From the NCBI GenBank assembly GCA_963737635.1, contig CAVTTL010000001.1, forward strand, positions 1,312,001-1,376,000: a stretch of DNA of 64,000 bases, read 5' to 3'. Source of the DNA: an uncultured Methanoregulaceae archaeon (GTDB taxonomy: Archaea > Halobacteriota > Methanomicrobia > Methanomicrobiales > Methanospirillaceae). A program made the translations under genes and the position numbers. This document shows, piece after piece, positions 10,321 to 19,902 of this stretch. The number at the start of each line of letters is the position of its first letter. The first letter of the stretch is position 1. The notes beneath the pieces were generated by a model, which made no database searches, was not told the DNA's origin, and was given only the letters and a program-made list of their open reading frames with translations.

Positions 10321-10668
10321 TTACAGGTAACGGTTCTTCCGCAGCCAGTCTACCTGAGGCGGCAGGTACCGGTAGATAATATCGCACTTATCGTCTTGGA
10401 AACTCCACGGGACAATAATCAGGGTGTCCCCTTCGCGGATCCAGACGCGTTTTTTAATCTTGCCTTTAATTCGTCCCATACGGGTGACCCCGTCGAAACA
10501 TCGTACCCGTATGTGGTTTGCACCCATCATCAGGTCGGCGGAACCAAACATTTCATTATTCCATTTCTTGGGAAGCCTGACCCGGACAAAAGGTGTACCA
10601 TCGGGATTAAAACCTTCAGGTTCCCCAGTTTCACCACTACCGCCTTTTTTCTTTGCATTATCGGTGAT
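10321..10668 (-). CDS. eif1A: Translation initiation factor aIF-1A, probable ATC start
   Basis: VRVRLPK..EMF..GANHIRVRCFDG..RIKGKIKKRVWIREGD..PW.FQ; frame open to TGA at 10683-10681 with no ATG/GTG/TTG upstream of 10551; GAGGAG 8 nt before ATC 10668. Confidence 0.92.
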   Translation of the reverse strand: MTDNAKKKGGSGETGEPEGFNPDGTPFVRVRLPKKWNNEMFGSADLMMGANHIRVRCFDGVTRMGRIKGKIKKRVWIREGDTLIIVPWSFQDDKCDIIYRYLPPQVDWLRKNRYL

Positions 10669-10784
10669 GCCAACAACTCCTCATATATAAATGGCGTTGA
10701 GAATAATTAACGTATCCATCCGTACACCCTCTAATACTGGTGCAGATTCATACCTGTATTTCTGAATGTTTTTCCTTATTGCTT

Positions 10785-11906
10785 TTAGCCGCCTTCCGGC
10801 TCATCAGGGCCAAAAAGTGTCTGCTGCCGTGAATCCTGCCGTTTCAAGCATGAGAGCCGCAGGCCGATGCGCCTTATTTTCGTTCCATTGAAGAGTTCGC
10901 GGAGAAGTTCTTGTGAACCCCCCCGGATCGTTTCCTTATCATCATGATAATGAATCAGAGTCTTTGCTTTTGTTTTTGTTACAAATCCTTCGGATCGGAT
11001 TCTGACGGTGATGGTTTTGAAATAAAGGTTTTCTTTAGCAAGGGACTGGTACGCCTCTTCTATGAGGTCTTCCATAGTGGCGACAATCTCACCGGGATCC
11101 CGAGTATCCTGTTTAAAGGTGGTCTCTTTTGAGAGAGATTTTATATCGCCACGCTCAACAACTTCGTCCCCGTCAGCGCCGAGAGCAGCTTCGTGTAGCA
11201 CTACCGCTGCTCGCCCGAAGTGCCCGAGAAGCCTCTGAATATCGTATGTGGCAAGTTCACCGATGGTATGTATCCTCAGTGTCTCCAGTTCTTTCTCAGT
11301 TTTACTCCCTATCCCTGGGATCTTACGGACCGGCAGGGGTGCAAGAAATGAAGGAACATCTGCGGGTTTCACGACGGTCAGGCCATCGGGTTTTTTGAAA
11401 TCCGAGGCCATTTTTGCAACAATCTTCGTCGGAGCAAGACCGAGCGAACAGGTGATCCCGCACCGGCCGCGGATCTCCTTTTTCAGGTATTCTGCTAGTT
11501 TCTGCGACTCAAAAAAACTACCGGCAGGACTCAGATCCAAAAATGCCTCGTCAATGCTCACCTGCTCGAACCGGAACTCCGTTGATCTAAGAATTACCAT
11601 GATCTCTTCAGATACCTCTACATAGCGGGACATGTGAGGACGAAGAAAGACCGCTTCAGGACAGAGCCGGTATGCCTGAGATATGGGCATTGCAGACTTG
11701 ATACCGTACTTCCGTGCCTCGTATGAGCAGGTGGCAACAACGCCCCTCCCGGTACCCCCCTGAGGATCGGCACCAACCACAACGGGTTTTCCGGCATGGC
11801 ATGGGTGATCGTGCATCTCGACGGCTGCATAGAAACAGTCCATATCGGCATGCAGGATAATTCTGCAAGGGTTAACAGGTGTATCACCTGTCGTTACCCC
11901 GGTCAT
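10785..11906 (-). CDS. dinB: DNA polymerase IV (Y family)
   Basis: ILHADMDCFYAAVE, CSYEARKYG, SIDEAF, KMASDFKKPDG; C-terminal QQTLF. Confidence 0.95.
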   Translation of the reverse strand: MTGVTTGDTPVNPCRIILHADMDCFYAAVEMHDHPCHAGKPVVVGADPQGGTGRGVVATCSYEARKYGIKSAMPISQAYRLCPEAVFLRPHMSRYVEVSEEIMVILRSTEFRFEQVSIDEAFLDLSPAGSFFESQKLAEYLKKEIRGRCGITCSLGLAPTKIVAKMASDFKKPDGLTVVKPADVPSFLAPLPVRKIPGIGSKTEKELETLRIHTIGELATYDIQRLLGHFGRAAVVLHEAALGADGDEVVERGDIKSLSKETTFKQDTRDPGEIVATMEDLIEEAYQSLAKENLYFKTITVRIRSEGFVTKTKAKTLIHYHDDKETIRGGSQELLRELFNGTKIRRIGLRLSCLKRQDSRQQTLFGPDEPEGG

Positions 11907-11949
11907 TATCCTTCCTTGTGATATCCTTCCTGTCATGTGTGGATATCGG

Positions 11950-13161
11950 TCACCTGCTCAGGCCTCTAGCCGTAAACTCCCTTTTCTCTGAAAAACCGGT
12001 GAAATCACTTAGGGTACATTGCCGCTGCTTCAGGCTTTCTTGGAGCAGAGTGGTTTCAGTGATAAATCTCTGCAAAGGGAGGGTAAATGTGGCAGAGACA
12101 TGTGCAAGTGCAGATTTGAGGTCTTCGAATTCTCTGAACGGTTCATGCATTGCACTCCTGACATTCTCCCGTACATTAAACACACCCATAGGTACATAAC
12201 CGGGTAACGCCTCGCGCAATATAATGGCGCCAGCCTGCCGGTGCTCCCGAGCTAATGCTTCAAGTACTGCCATCTTGCAGGAATAATAGCACCCGCCAAG
12301 GGACGAATAACCCTCCTTCCCCTTATTTCTCTCGTAATCCGAAAAGACATATTCCTCGTTTCCGAGCACATGAAGGAATGCTTCTGTCCACTCATACTGC
12401 CAGCCGGTTGGCATCAGGAGGACTGCATACCGATTATGCAGGCTGGCGAATTCGTACATTCTCAGGGTATCGATCACCGGGCACTTTTTTACCTCCGTCA
12501 GGAGCCGGTCGCCGATCATAGTGTCACATGCGGTTATCGACCACCGCGTTGGAACAAGACGGCGTCGGGGGCCTCTCCCCATCGTCCCAGCGGAAAATGC
12601 CTTCTGGATAGTTGAGAATGCAAGATCCGAACGGTGTAAATCGAGAACAGCATTGCGGGCCGTCAGATCGGTATCATAAAAGACTTTTTCGAGAGATGGA
12701 TTCCAGCGTCCTGCCTCGATCTCCAAACGTTCAAGCGGTGCACTTGGCCCAAACGGGGTATGCTCTTCTGAAAAAGTGAGGCCCACTGGGGGGGTTTCGA
12801 ATGCGGCCTCGCTTTCAATGGAACCTTCGGCAAGGACGATTTCCTGAAGTTTTTCTACAAACCGGTTATCGAGATCGAGGGCATTGGTCATATGCTTACC
12901 CCGGACAAGGTTCATCCGGTACCCGATGATCTCTTCCTGGGTCAGGTGGCCACAAATCCACTCCTCAGGCCTGTCCATGATCCCGGTGTCACCATGCACC
13001 GGTGCAATCATCGGACCGGCAAGTATATCCGGGTAGTTCCAGCTGCCGATAAAGACCGAGGGCGGGGAGCTGCCGGTCATCTCCTTTCCCACTTCCACCG
13101 ATTTCATCTGGGCCGTTGCCGCGGTCAGCTGCCTGAGATATGCCCCTTTCCCGAGGATCAT
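11950..13161 (-). CDS. nreA: Nre family DNA repair protein (DUF650/DUF651)
   Basis: [38 protein letters not shown]; C-terminal PIP-like QCTLSDF. Confidence 0.88.
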   Translation of the reverse strand: MILGKGAYLRQLTAATAQMKSVEVGKEMTGSSPPSVFIGSWNYPDILAGPMIAPVHGDTGIMDRPEEWICGHLTQEEIIGYRMNLVRGKHMTNALDLDNRFVEKLQEIVLAEGSIESEAAFETPPVGLTFSEEHTPFGPSAPLERLEIEAGRWNPSLEKVFYDTDLTARNAVLDLHRSDLAFSTIQKAFSAGTMGRGPRRRLVPTRWSITACDTMIGDRLLTEVKKCPVIDTLRMYEFASLHNRYAVLLMPTGWQYEWTEAFLHVLGNEEYVFSDYERNKGKEGYSSLGGCYYSCKMAVLEALAREHRQAGAIILREALPGYVPMGVFNVRENVRSAMHEPFREFEDLKSALAHVSATFTLPLQRFITETTLLQESLKQRQCTLSDFTGFSEKREFTARGLSR

Positions 13162-13385
13162 GCTATATGAGAGATCGGGAGTATGAATATTAAAGAGAGA
13201 GGGTGTGCGGGGAGAAAGTGAAACACGGGCCCCGCTTTACCGTGGTGCCGGAAAAGAACCGTTGGGTAGTAATCGGTATTGCAGAAATTGTCGGCATTCT
13301 CTTGTATCTGGCTTGAAATGGAGATTTTTGAGACAGCCTCTTCGTTCTCAAATCCTATAACCAATTATATTAAACAGGTACTGAC

Positions 13386-13709
13386 ATGATCCCGGTTTCT
13401 GTCGCGCTTGCTGCTTTCATATGCTATGTCCTTGTCAACATCATTGTTTTCAATCTGTATGCGTATGACAAACATACCGCTCGCACTGGTGAGTGGAGGC
13501 TTACCGAACGCCTTCTTATTACAGCTGCGTTATTCGGGCCGTTTGGTGCATATGTAGCAATGCACCTATTCCGTCACAAAATCAGGAAACTGAAATTCTA
13601 CCTGATACCGCTATTCATGATCATTCATATTGCTGGAATACTCTATGTGGCGGCCATTCTTGTTCACCCCCCTCTATCCGATCTTGCTCAACGAACCCTG
13701 ATCCTTTAA
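13386..13709 (+). CDS. DUF1294 family membrane protein
   Basis: YAYDK..A...WR..E..L...GA..AM..FRHK.RK motif. Confidence 0.85.
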   Translation: MIPVSVALAAFICYVLVNIIVFNLYAYDKHTARTGEWRLTERLLITAALFGPFGAYVAMHLFRHKIRKLKFYLIPLFMIIHIAGILYVAAILVHPPLSDLAQRTLIL

Positions 13710-13735
13710 TACCGGGGCAGGTCATACTTCCTTGA

Positions 13736-14224
13736 ATGCGAACCAACAGGCACCAGTATTTCCTTGACCTCGCCCAGCGGTGCGCCAACCAGGGCACCTG
13801 TCTGCGACGCAACTTCGGCGCGATTATTGTCGACGAATACAATACGATCGTATCCACCGGCTATACCGGCGCCCCACGTAAGCAGATGGACTGCACCGAA
13901 CTCAGGCACTGCTGGAGAAAAGAGCATAACATCCCCTCAGGTTCCAACTACGAACGGTGCAGAAGCGTACACGCGGAGATGAATGCGCTGCTCCAGGCAG
14001 GGAAACTGGCCCGCGGTTGTACTCTCTATCTCGCCGGTTTCGATGTTGGTACAGGTGAACTCACGCAGATATGGCCGTGTTTCTTGTGCTCCAAGATGAT
14101 CGTCAACAGCGGGATTGCCCGGGTCGTTATGCGGACGACACCTTCGGAGTTCAAAGAGATGGATCCAATGGTGCTCTACCAGATGCGGAGCCGGGAATCA
14201 CTCGGGGACGATTCCGCGTCATAA
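13736..14224 (+). CDS. dCMP/cytidine deaminase family protein
   Basis: TC.RR.FGA, TGY.GAP, HAEMNA, PCFLC zinc motifs. Confidence 0.9.
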   Translation: MRTNRHQYFLDLAQRCANQGTCLRRNFGAIIVDEYNTIVSTGYTGAPRKQMDCTELRHCWRKEHNIPSGSNYERCRSVHAEMNALLQAGKLARGCTLYLAGFDVGTGELTQIWPCFLCSKMIVNSGIARVVMRTTPSEFKEMDPMVLYQMRSRESLGDDSAS

Positions 14225-14321
14225 CCTTCAGCATGTACTCTACAGTTGATGTATGAAGTAACCGACAGATACACGCTCCCACAAAAACTATGCCTCCACG
14301 AGCCCCACATTTTTCATATCC

Positions 14322-15134
14322 ATGCCTGCCCGATCCGTTCCCGTGGTACTTGTTCACGGTTGGAAGAGCCATCCCGGCATATGGAACCGGCTCACCCCGC
14401 GGCTCAATGAGACGGGCATTCCTTACTGGAGCTTTGACTTCACATCCCTTGACGGAGCGTCTATGGAAGAGATTGCAGGAGCTCTGGGAAGATTTATTGC
14501 AACAAAGCGGGAAGAGCAAGACTACAATGGCAGCGTTGATGTAGTGTGCCATTCCATTGGCTCCTGCATCGCCCGCTACCTATTCGAAGTAACGGATGGT
14601 CACACCCGGCACGAACAGGTGCGCCAGCTCATCGCCATTGGCCCGCCCAACAACGGCTCTTCTCTTGCCGAACTTTTCTGCGACCCGGTAGTCGGGCCGG
14701 CAATAACCGAGAGGTTATGCGGCACCTTCGTTCCCCAGAATTTTGATCCTGTCGCAGATGTCATTGTTCAGGCCTGTCGTCCGGGGAGCGCAACGATGAC
14801 GGCCCTTCGCGAGGCAGGTATCCGCCCTGATATCCGGTACCGGCTCCTCTGCGCGGAAAATATCATTCGCACTTCCTCCTTTTTCCCCTGTTTTGGGGGA
14901 AAGACCTATGAGCTACAGCCAGATGGGAGATGGGTTATGACGTACTTCGGTGACGGCATCGTGCCTCATGCAGACTCGGTTCTTCCCGGCGCGACTCTGG
15001 ATATTCTCCCGGCTAAGCCAGCATCGCTCGAAAATGATGCCCGGCAATACTGTCATATTCATCTGCCCCGTGCTCCCGAAGTTGTGAACCGCGTCGTTGA
15101 TTTCCTGCATCATTGCCCGGTCACTCAGGGTTAA
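14322..15134 (+). CDS. Alpha/beta hydrolase (lipase/esterase-like)
   Basis: VVLVHGW, CHSIG nucleophile elbow, GPPNNGS, GDGIV, late His. Confidence 0.85.
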   Translation: MPARSVPVVLVHGWKSHPGIWNRLTPRLNETGIPYWSFDFTSLDGASMEEIAGALGRFIATKREEQDYNGSVDVVCHSIGSCIARYLFEVTDGHTRHEQVRQLIAIGPPNNGSSLAELFCDPVVGPAITERLCGTFVPQNFDPVADVIVQACRPGSATMTALREAGIRPDIRYRLLCAENIIRTSSFFPCFGGKTYELQPDGRWVMTYFGDGIVPHADSVLPGATLDILPAKPASLENDARQYCHIHLPRAPEVVNRVVDFLHHCPVTQG

Positions 15135-15192
15135 TGAGATAACTGTACTAATGAGAAGGATGGCCCTTTGCGACTGTCGGTGCAGGTTGTTT

Positions 15193-15696
15193 TTATGTAG
15201 CTCTCTTTGCCTCGTTATAGAGGGAGACCAGAGAGATACTAGTCAGATTAAGCGTGGTTGCCGCATACCATAGGAACGTTTCGTTGGGACTCAGCTTCAT
15301 GATCCAGCCCGACCACAGCATCAGGCAGATGATCGAAAAGGAGAGCAGGGTGTCTCCCGCAAGAAAGACCATAGGCCGGTGTGCAAGCCTCCCTAACTCA
15401 GCAAGGGTGCAGTATTCCAGCGGAGTGGGAATATGCAGGAGATCGCCAGCAGCCCGTATGGCGTTCATGGTAAAATCGATAGCTGCCCATGCAACCACCA
15501 GCCACCCAAAACCTGACAGGAGTGGATTTGAAGGCGTCCCGGCCTGGATAGCCGCAATACCAAAGAGCCCCTTGAAGGTACAGAACGGGAGTCCGATTGT
15601 AAGGGTAAGAAAGAAGGGCCGGACAAAAAATTTCTGGATGCGGTCGGCTGGGCTCGGGTCCTTCATGTACCGTTCCGGGGTCTGTTCTGGTGGCAT
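15193..15696 (-). CDS. Hypothetical membrane protein
   Basis: About 4 hydrophobic segments; start uncertain. Confidence 0.65.
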   Translation of the reverse strand: MPPEQTPERYMKDPSPADRIQKFFVRPFFLTLTIGLPFCTFKGLFGIAAIQAGTPSNPLLSGFGWLVVAWAAIDFTMNAIRAAGDLLHIPTPLEYCTLAELGRLAHRPMVFLAGDTLLSFSIICLMLWSGWIMKLSPNETFLWYAATTLNLTSISLVSLYNEAKRAT

Positions 15697-15932
15697 GGGT
15701 GTGCAAAGATAGGACTTCGGTGACCAAAGCCTGCAGGAACCTAGTGCAGGTTTACGGCATATCAGGGCCGGGGGTACTGTTTTGTTTCTGTGACCGTTAT
15801 GTCGGGAAAGAATAAGAAAGATTTTGGTGCATGGCAAAAGGAAAATATCCCGTTATGCACTATTTAACCGCGAGTCCGCTATCCCCTGCACAATGCATTC
15901 CTTTATCTCCCCGAAGCGATGAACCCTTGACC

Positions 15933-16220
15933 ATGTCACCAGTACACCCGTCAGGATCCGGACCAAGGAAAAGCCGCTTTGCAAGCCCGGACAGGAACCG
16001 CCATGCGGAAAACCACGAGCATCACGCGATGGCCACTCCAGATGTCCATCCCCCACACCACCCCCAGAAAAAAGAAGAACTTCCACCTCGGCATCATCCC
16101 CATACCGGACCAGAAAACAAAGATTTGAACGTGGATCACGGTACTCATGAGGATCGGCCGCGCCCCGGAAAGATTGCAAAGAAGGAAGAACCTTCCGTAT
16201 CAAATAAAAAATCTCGATGA
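15933..16220 (+). CDS. Small His/Pro-rich disordered protein
   Basis: 95 aa, 13 His; TTTATC TATA-like about 28 nt upstream of ATG; fills an otherwise empty gap. Confidence 0.5.
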   Translation: MSPVHPSGSGPRKSRFASPDRNRHAENHEHHAMATPDVHPPHHPQKKEELPPRHHPHTGPENKDLNVDHGTHEDRPRPGKIAKKEEPSVSNKKSR

Positions 16221-16332
16221 TCCTATCGGTGTGACTACATTTCATGCGCTACTGATTTTGACCCAAGGAAGCCGCGGAAGGGACGGAGTGAGAACTTAAT
16301 ATTTCGAAACAGCAAATTACAAAAGAGACGAT

Positions 16333-17079
16333 TTATCCACGCCGAACTACAAAGATCGCTGCACCGAGGGCAATAATAATAGCTGAAGGTTCCAAAGGCA
16401 CCGTTGTTGTGGTTGCTGGTACGGTGAATAGTATCGTGACCTGAGTTGTTTCCGGCGGTATGGGAACGGGACTCTGTGTCGGAATGGTTGTTGGTGGGAA
16501 TGTGGGTCGTGTGGGCCGGGTTACAATCGAGGTGATCGATACCGAACCTTTGGTCACTTCCGTGTCACCACGCTGAACGAGGAGCGTCCCATTATTGGGT
16601 GATGTGGGGTTTTCGATACGGACGGAATACGAGCGGACGGCTGTGTTTACAGATGTCCCAAATCCCACGACTGCATGCCCTGAATCATCAGTCGTGACCA
16701 ACGCATAATAACTGGTGTCTGATATAAGTGACGATGATGGCGCCACATCATCGAGGATCGTCCTCCCATTGCCGTTAGAATATTTATAGGATCCAATCGT
16801 GTAAGGTCCTCCCGCCGGATCCTGCTGAACGTTCAACTGGTTGGGGACAATAAAAGGTGGCTGATTGTATGCATTTCCCGATAGCGACCAGGTACCCGTC
16901 AGCCAGACATAATATGCGGTATTTGGGTTTCCTGTTATATCGACGGTAAACTGTTGTCCCTGATTAATTGGGGAGCCGGAAAGATCAGAGATGGTATATT
17001 CTGCTGCTACTGAGGTGCTCAGAAGAGATGTGCTGCAGGCGCACAGGATGAGAACAAAGATTGCAGATTTTATGTACAT
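16333..17079 (-). CDS. Secreted surface protein with S-layer-glycoprotein-like domain, Thr/Pro linker and C-terminal anchor
   Basis: Signal peptide; FTVDITG.P...Y.VW..G...QPP.I..NQ and Y..V.T..SG...V.F.T...YSVRIE resemble a Methanomicrobiales S-layer domain; ends VPLEP-TM-RRG. Confidence 0.7.
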   Translation of the reverse strand: MYIKSAIFVLILCACSTSLLSTSVAAEYTISDLSGSPINQGQQFTVDITGNPNTAYYVWLTGTWSLSGNAYNQPPFIVPNQLNVQQDPAGGPYTIGSYKYSNGNGRTILDDVAPSSSLISDTSYYALVTTDDSGHAVVGFGTSVNTAVRSYSVRIENPTSPNNGTLLVQRGDTEVTKGSVSITSIVTRPTRPTFPPTTIPTQSPVPIPPETTQVTILFTVPATTTTVPLEPSAIIIALGAAIFVVRRG

Positions 17080-17270
17080 TCCAGTCTCACTGTACTAGTT
17101 TTCACACCAAGATGACGTTTTTTTCTGTTGAGGATAAACTTATGCGTTATGATGTCCTCATAAACCGTTTTTTTACAAAGAGTCTGGTTTCATTGTAGAG
17201 GAAGAGTTTCGTTTTTCCCCACAACACAATAGCTGATCTTTAAACGTTCCCTGCTCGTATCCGGGATCAT

Positions 17271-18227
17271 ATGCATGCAATAGAGGTTTCGCACCTGACC
17301 AAGAAATTTGGCGCCCTGACCGCGTTGAATGACATAAATTTCTCGGTTGACGTGGGGGAAACATTTGGTTTCCTTGGCCCGAACGGTGCGGGAAAGACTA
17401 CGATGATCCGGATTCTCACAGGCATCTCCTATCCAACTTCAGGAGCGGCATCCATATTCGGCCACGATATCTGCTGCGATACGATTGCGGCACGGCAGTC
17501 CATGGGAATCGTTTCTGAGACTTCGAATGTCTACGATGACCTGACCGCCTGGCAGAACATGATCTTTTCTGCAGAACTCTATCATGTACGCCGGGAGGTC
17601 CGGGAGAAAAAAGCAACGGAACTTCTTACCACCTTTGGTCTCTACGAGCGTCGCAATGACAAGGCGCATGGTTTTTCCAAAGGCATGAAACGGCGGCTGA
17701 CCATTGCCATGGGTCTGGTCAACAGCCCTCAACTGCTCTTTCTCGATGAACCGACTTCGGGTCTCGATGTCCAGAGCAATCTCGTCATTCGTGATGTAAT
17801 CACTGACCTTATCCATCAGGGAGTTACCGTTTTTCTGACCACCCATAATATCGAGGAGGCGAATATGATGTGCGACCGGGTGGCGATCGTCAACCGGGGA
17901 ACAATTGCTGCAATCGACGCACCGGAACGGCTCAAGGAAACAATCCAGAGCGTGCAGTCGATAGTGGTTTCTTTTGATCATACATCAGTGCACCAGATTG
18001 ATGAAGTTCGTCGTCTTTCGATGGTCAACGATGCCATAAAAGAAGGGGACAAGTTCCGGCTTTATACGGAAGATCCTGCAACGGTGATCGAATCGGTGAT
18101 GGAGTATGCCCGGGCTCAAAATCTCCGGGTGATCAGTATATCGACACTGGGCCCGAGCCTTGAGGATGTTTTCATCAAATTGACTGGCCTGCAGAGAACA
18201 GGGGGGATGATCCATGCCATCGATTGA
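17271..18227 (+). CDS. ABC transporter ATP-binding protein
   Basis: GPNGAGKT, FSKGMKRRL, LFLDEPT, TTH. Confidence 0.92.
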   Translation: MHAIEVSHLTKKFGALTALNDINFSVDVGETFGFLGPNGAGKTTMIRILTGISYPTSGAASIFGHDICCDTIAARQSMGIVSETSNVYDDLTAWQNMIFSAELYHVRREVREKKATELLTTFGLYERRNDKAHGFSKGMKRRLTIAMGLVNSPQLLFLDEPTSGLDVQSNLVIRDVITDLIHQGVTVFLTTHNIEEANMMCDRVAIVNRGTIAAIDAPERLKETIQSVQSIVVSFDHTSVHQIDEVRRLSMVNDAIKEGDKFRLYTEDPATVIESVMEYARAQNLRVISISTLGPSLEDVFIKLTGLQRTGGMIHAID

Positions 18228-18993
18228 AGGGAAAGAAAAAACTTCTGCATGGTTTGGGCGGCTCGGCCACGAATTATCAGCTGCATGGGCGATCTCGCGC
18301 AAGGACATGATCACGTACTACATCAAGCCAAATATCATCGTTTCGGGGATTCTTTTTCCGCTTTTTATGTTTCTCGCATTTGCTATCGGAAAAAATGCCC
18401 CTCCCGGCACCCTTATCCCGGGCCTCATCGCTATCACACTACTCTTCTCGGCTTCTTCGATCGAACCGGTTTCGATTCCCATCGAACGGCGGGTAAAAAC
18501 ATTCGATCGGCTCCTCTCCGCACCCATCTCGCTTCATTCATTGGTTTTTGGTGAGAGCATGAGCGGTTTTCTCTACAGTCTTGGTATTGCCTGTCTCCCT
18601 CTTGTTATCGGAATTGTTCTTTTTGGGACACCGATCGAGCATGCACCAGTACTTGTTATTGCGATGGCGCTGACTGCGTTCTGTTTTGCAACACTCGGAA
18701 CCCTGTTCGCCGCCTACCCAACGGAAAATGTTGGGGAGGTCATGTCCATGCTCAACACAGTCCGGCTGCCGCTTATCTTTATATCCGGCGTCTTTATCCC
18801 TATATCGGAAATTCCGCAGATAGGCCAGAGTATCGCGCTTTTCTCACCTCTGACGTATGGAAACGATATGATTACCTATGCATATACCGGTATATCGCTG
18901 TATTCACCCGTTGGGGATATCCTCGCATTGCTGCTCTTCATTTTGATCTTCCAGTTCGTAGCAAACCGGCTATATAAGAAATTCAATGAATGA
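18214..18993 (+). CDS. ABC-2 type permease
   Basis: ERR..TFDRLL.AP, SGVFIP, SPLTY; 6 TMs. Confidence 0.9.
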   Translation: MPSIEGKEKTSAWFGRLGHELSAAWAISRKDMITYYIKPNIIVSGILFPLFMFLAFAIGKNAPPGTLIPGLIAITLLFSASSIEPVSIPIERRVKTFDRLLSAPISLHSLVFGESMSGFLYSLGIACLPLVIGIVLFGTPIEHAPVLVIAMALTAFCFATLGTLFAAYPTENVGEVMSMLNTVRLPLIFISGVFIPISEIPQIGQSIALFSPLTYGNDMITYAYTGISLYSPVGDILALLLFILIFQFVANRLYKKFNE

Positions 18994-19130
18994 GAAAGCA
19001 GATCGGCTGGATTTAGATCAGAAAATAAAAAACAGGCAAATGAACCCCAGATTTTATTATTTTAATTAATTAAAATCGCGGGCTTGACAAAAAAAGCGGA
19101 TGTTTTCCAGATCCAAGAGATAACCTGCTC

Positions 19131-19208
19131 TCATGCGTACGGCAGGTGTTGCACAACAGTCTGGAGAATAGCGATTATCAGATTCAGTAACCAGTTCCAG
19201 TCGAACAT
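19131..19208 (-). CDS. 25-aa amphipathic small protein MFDWNWLLNLIIAILQTVVQHLPYA
   Basis: Below ORF-track cutoff; GGAGGTGA SD at 19220-19213, 4 nt before ATG; TATAAAT at 19263-19257; T7 run downstream (19095-19089). Confidence 0.7.
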   Translation of the reverse strand: MFDWNWLLNLIIAILQTVVQHLPYA

Positions 19209-19470
19209 CCTGTCACCTCCGTTTTTTGGGTATAAGTGAGAATGTAGAATTATAGCATTTATACTATGCGATTTTTATCCGGGAAGGATAAAGGCGATAT
19301 TTTCAAAATTACTACTATAATTATGATAAAATGCAAAAAATCTGTCGGATTAAAATTATACTATCAGGTACTGGCAGGATCCCTACGAATGGCACAAAAC
19401 CGGAATACTGCGAAGTTGATCGGAACCGGTATAGAATAACATGATGAACCAAAAATAGTTCGCGATACAA

Positions 19471-19803
19471 TTACATTTTTGATTGGTCGAAAGTAATATT
19501 TGCTCCTGCCGGGACCTTTGTCTTCTTCCTTTTCGCGTCGGGAAAAACTTCTTTGGATTTTTCCTTTATGGCCTTCCGGCCCGCACCGGCAACTTTTGCT
19601 GTCTCCTCTTCGGCATAGATGCCAAGGAAACAATCTACCGGGTTTTTCCCGCCCTGACACAGATCATTCTTTTTGTCTTCACATTCGCTGCATGTAGGAA
19701 CATGAGACGGGAGAAGATGAGGGAAGTGGATCTTCCAGAGTTCCGGATCGATCTTTCCTTCTTCGAGGAATTTTTTCACATGCCGTGGCGTATACTTCAT
19801 CAC
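19471..19803 (-). CDS. Hypothetical protein with Cys4 cluster and basic tail
   Basis: CSEC-x7-C-x8-C followed by Lys-rich C-terminus. Confidence 0.6.
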   Translation of the reverse strand: MMKYTPRHVKKFLEEGKIDPELWKIHFPHLLPSHVPTCSECEDKKNDLCQGGKNPVDCFLGIYAEEETAKVAGAGRKAIKEKSKEVFPDAKRKKTKVPAGANITFDQSKM

Positions 19804-19902
19804 TGATCTTATTGTACTGATGATTTCTTATCTGTATCTCAGACTCAAAATTTGGATACTTCTGCGGCATTATTTTATTGCATTCTCATGGGGAAGAGAA
19901 AT

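Noticed and set aside
13736-14224. Deaminase as anti-phage dCTP deaminase
   Set aside because: No fused kinase domain; ordinary dCMP deaminase size and context
19194-19207. ORB-like GTTCCAGTCGAAC
   Set aside because: No G-string; explained by the F-D-W-N codons of the small ORF on the other strand
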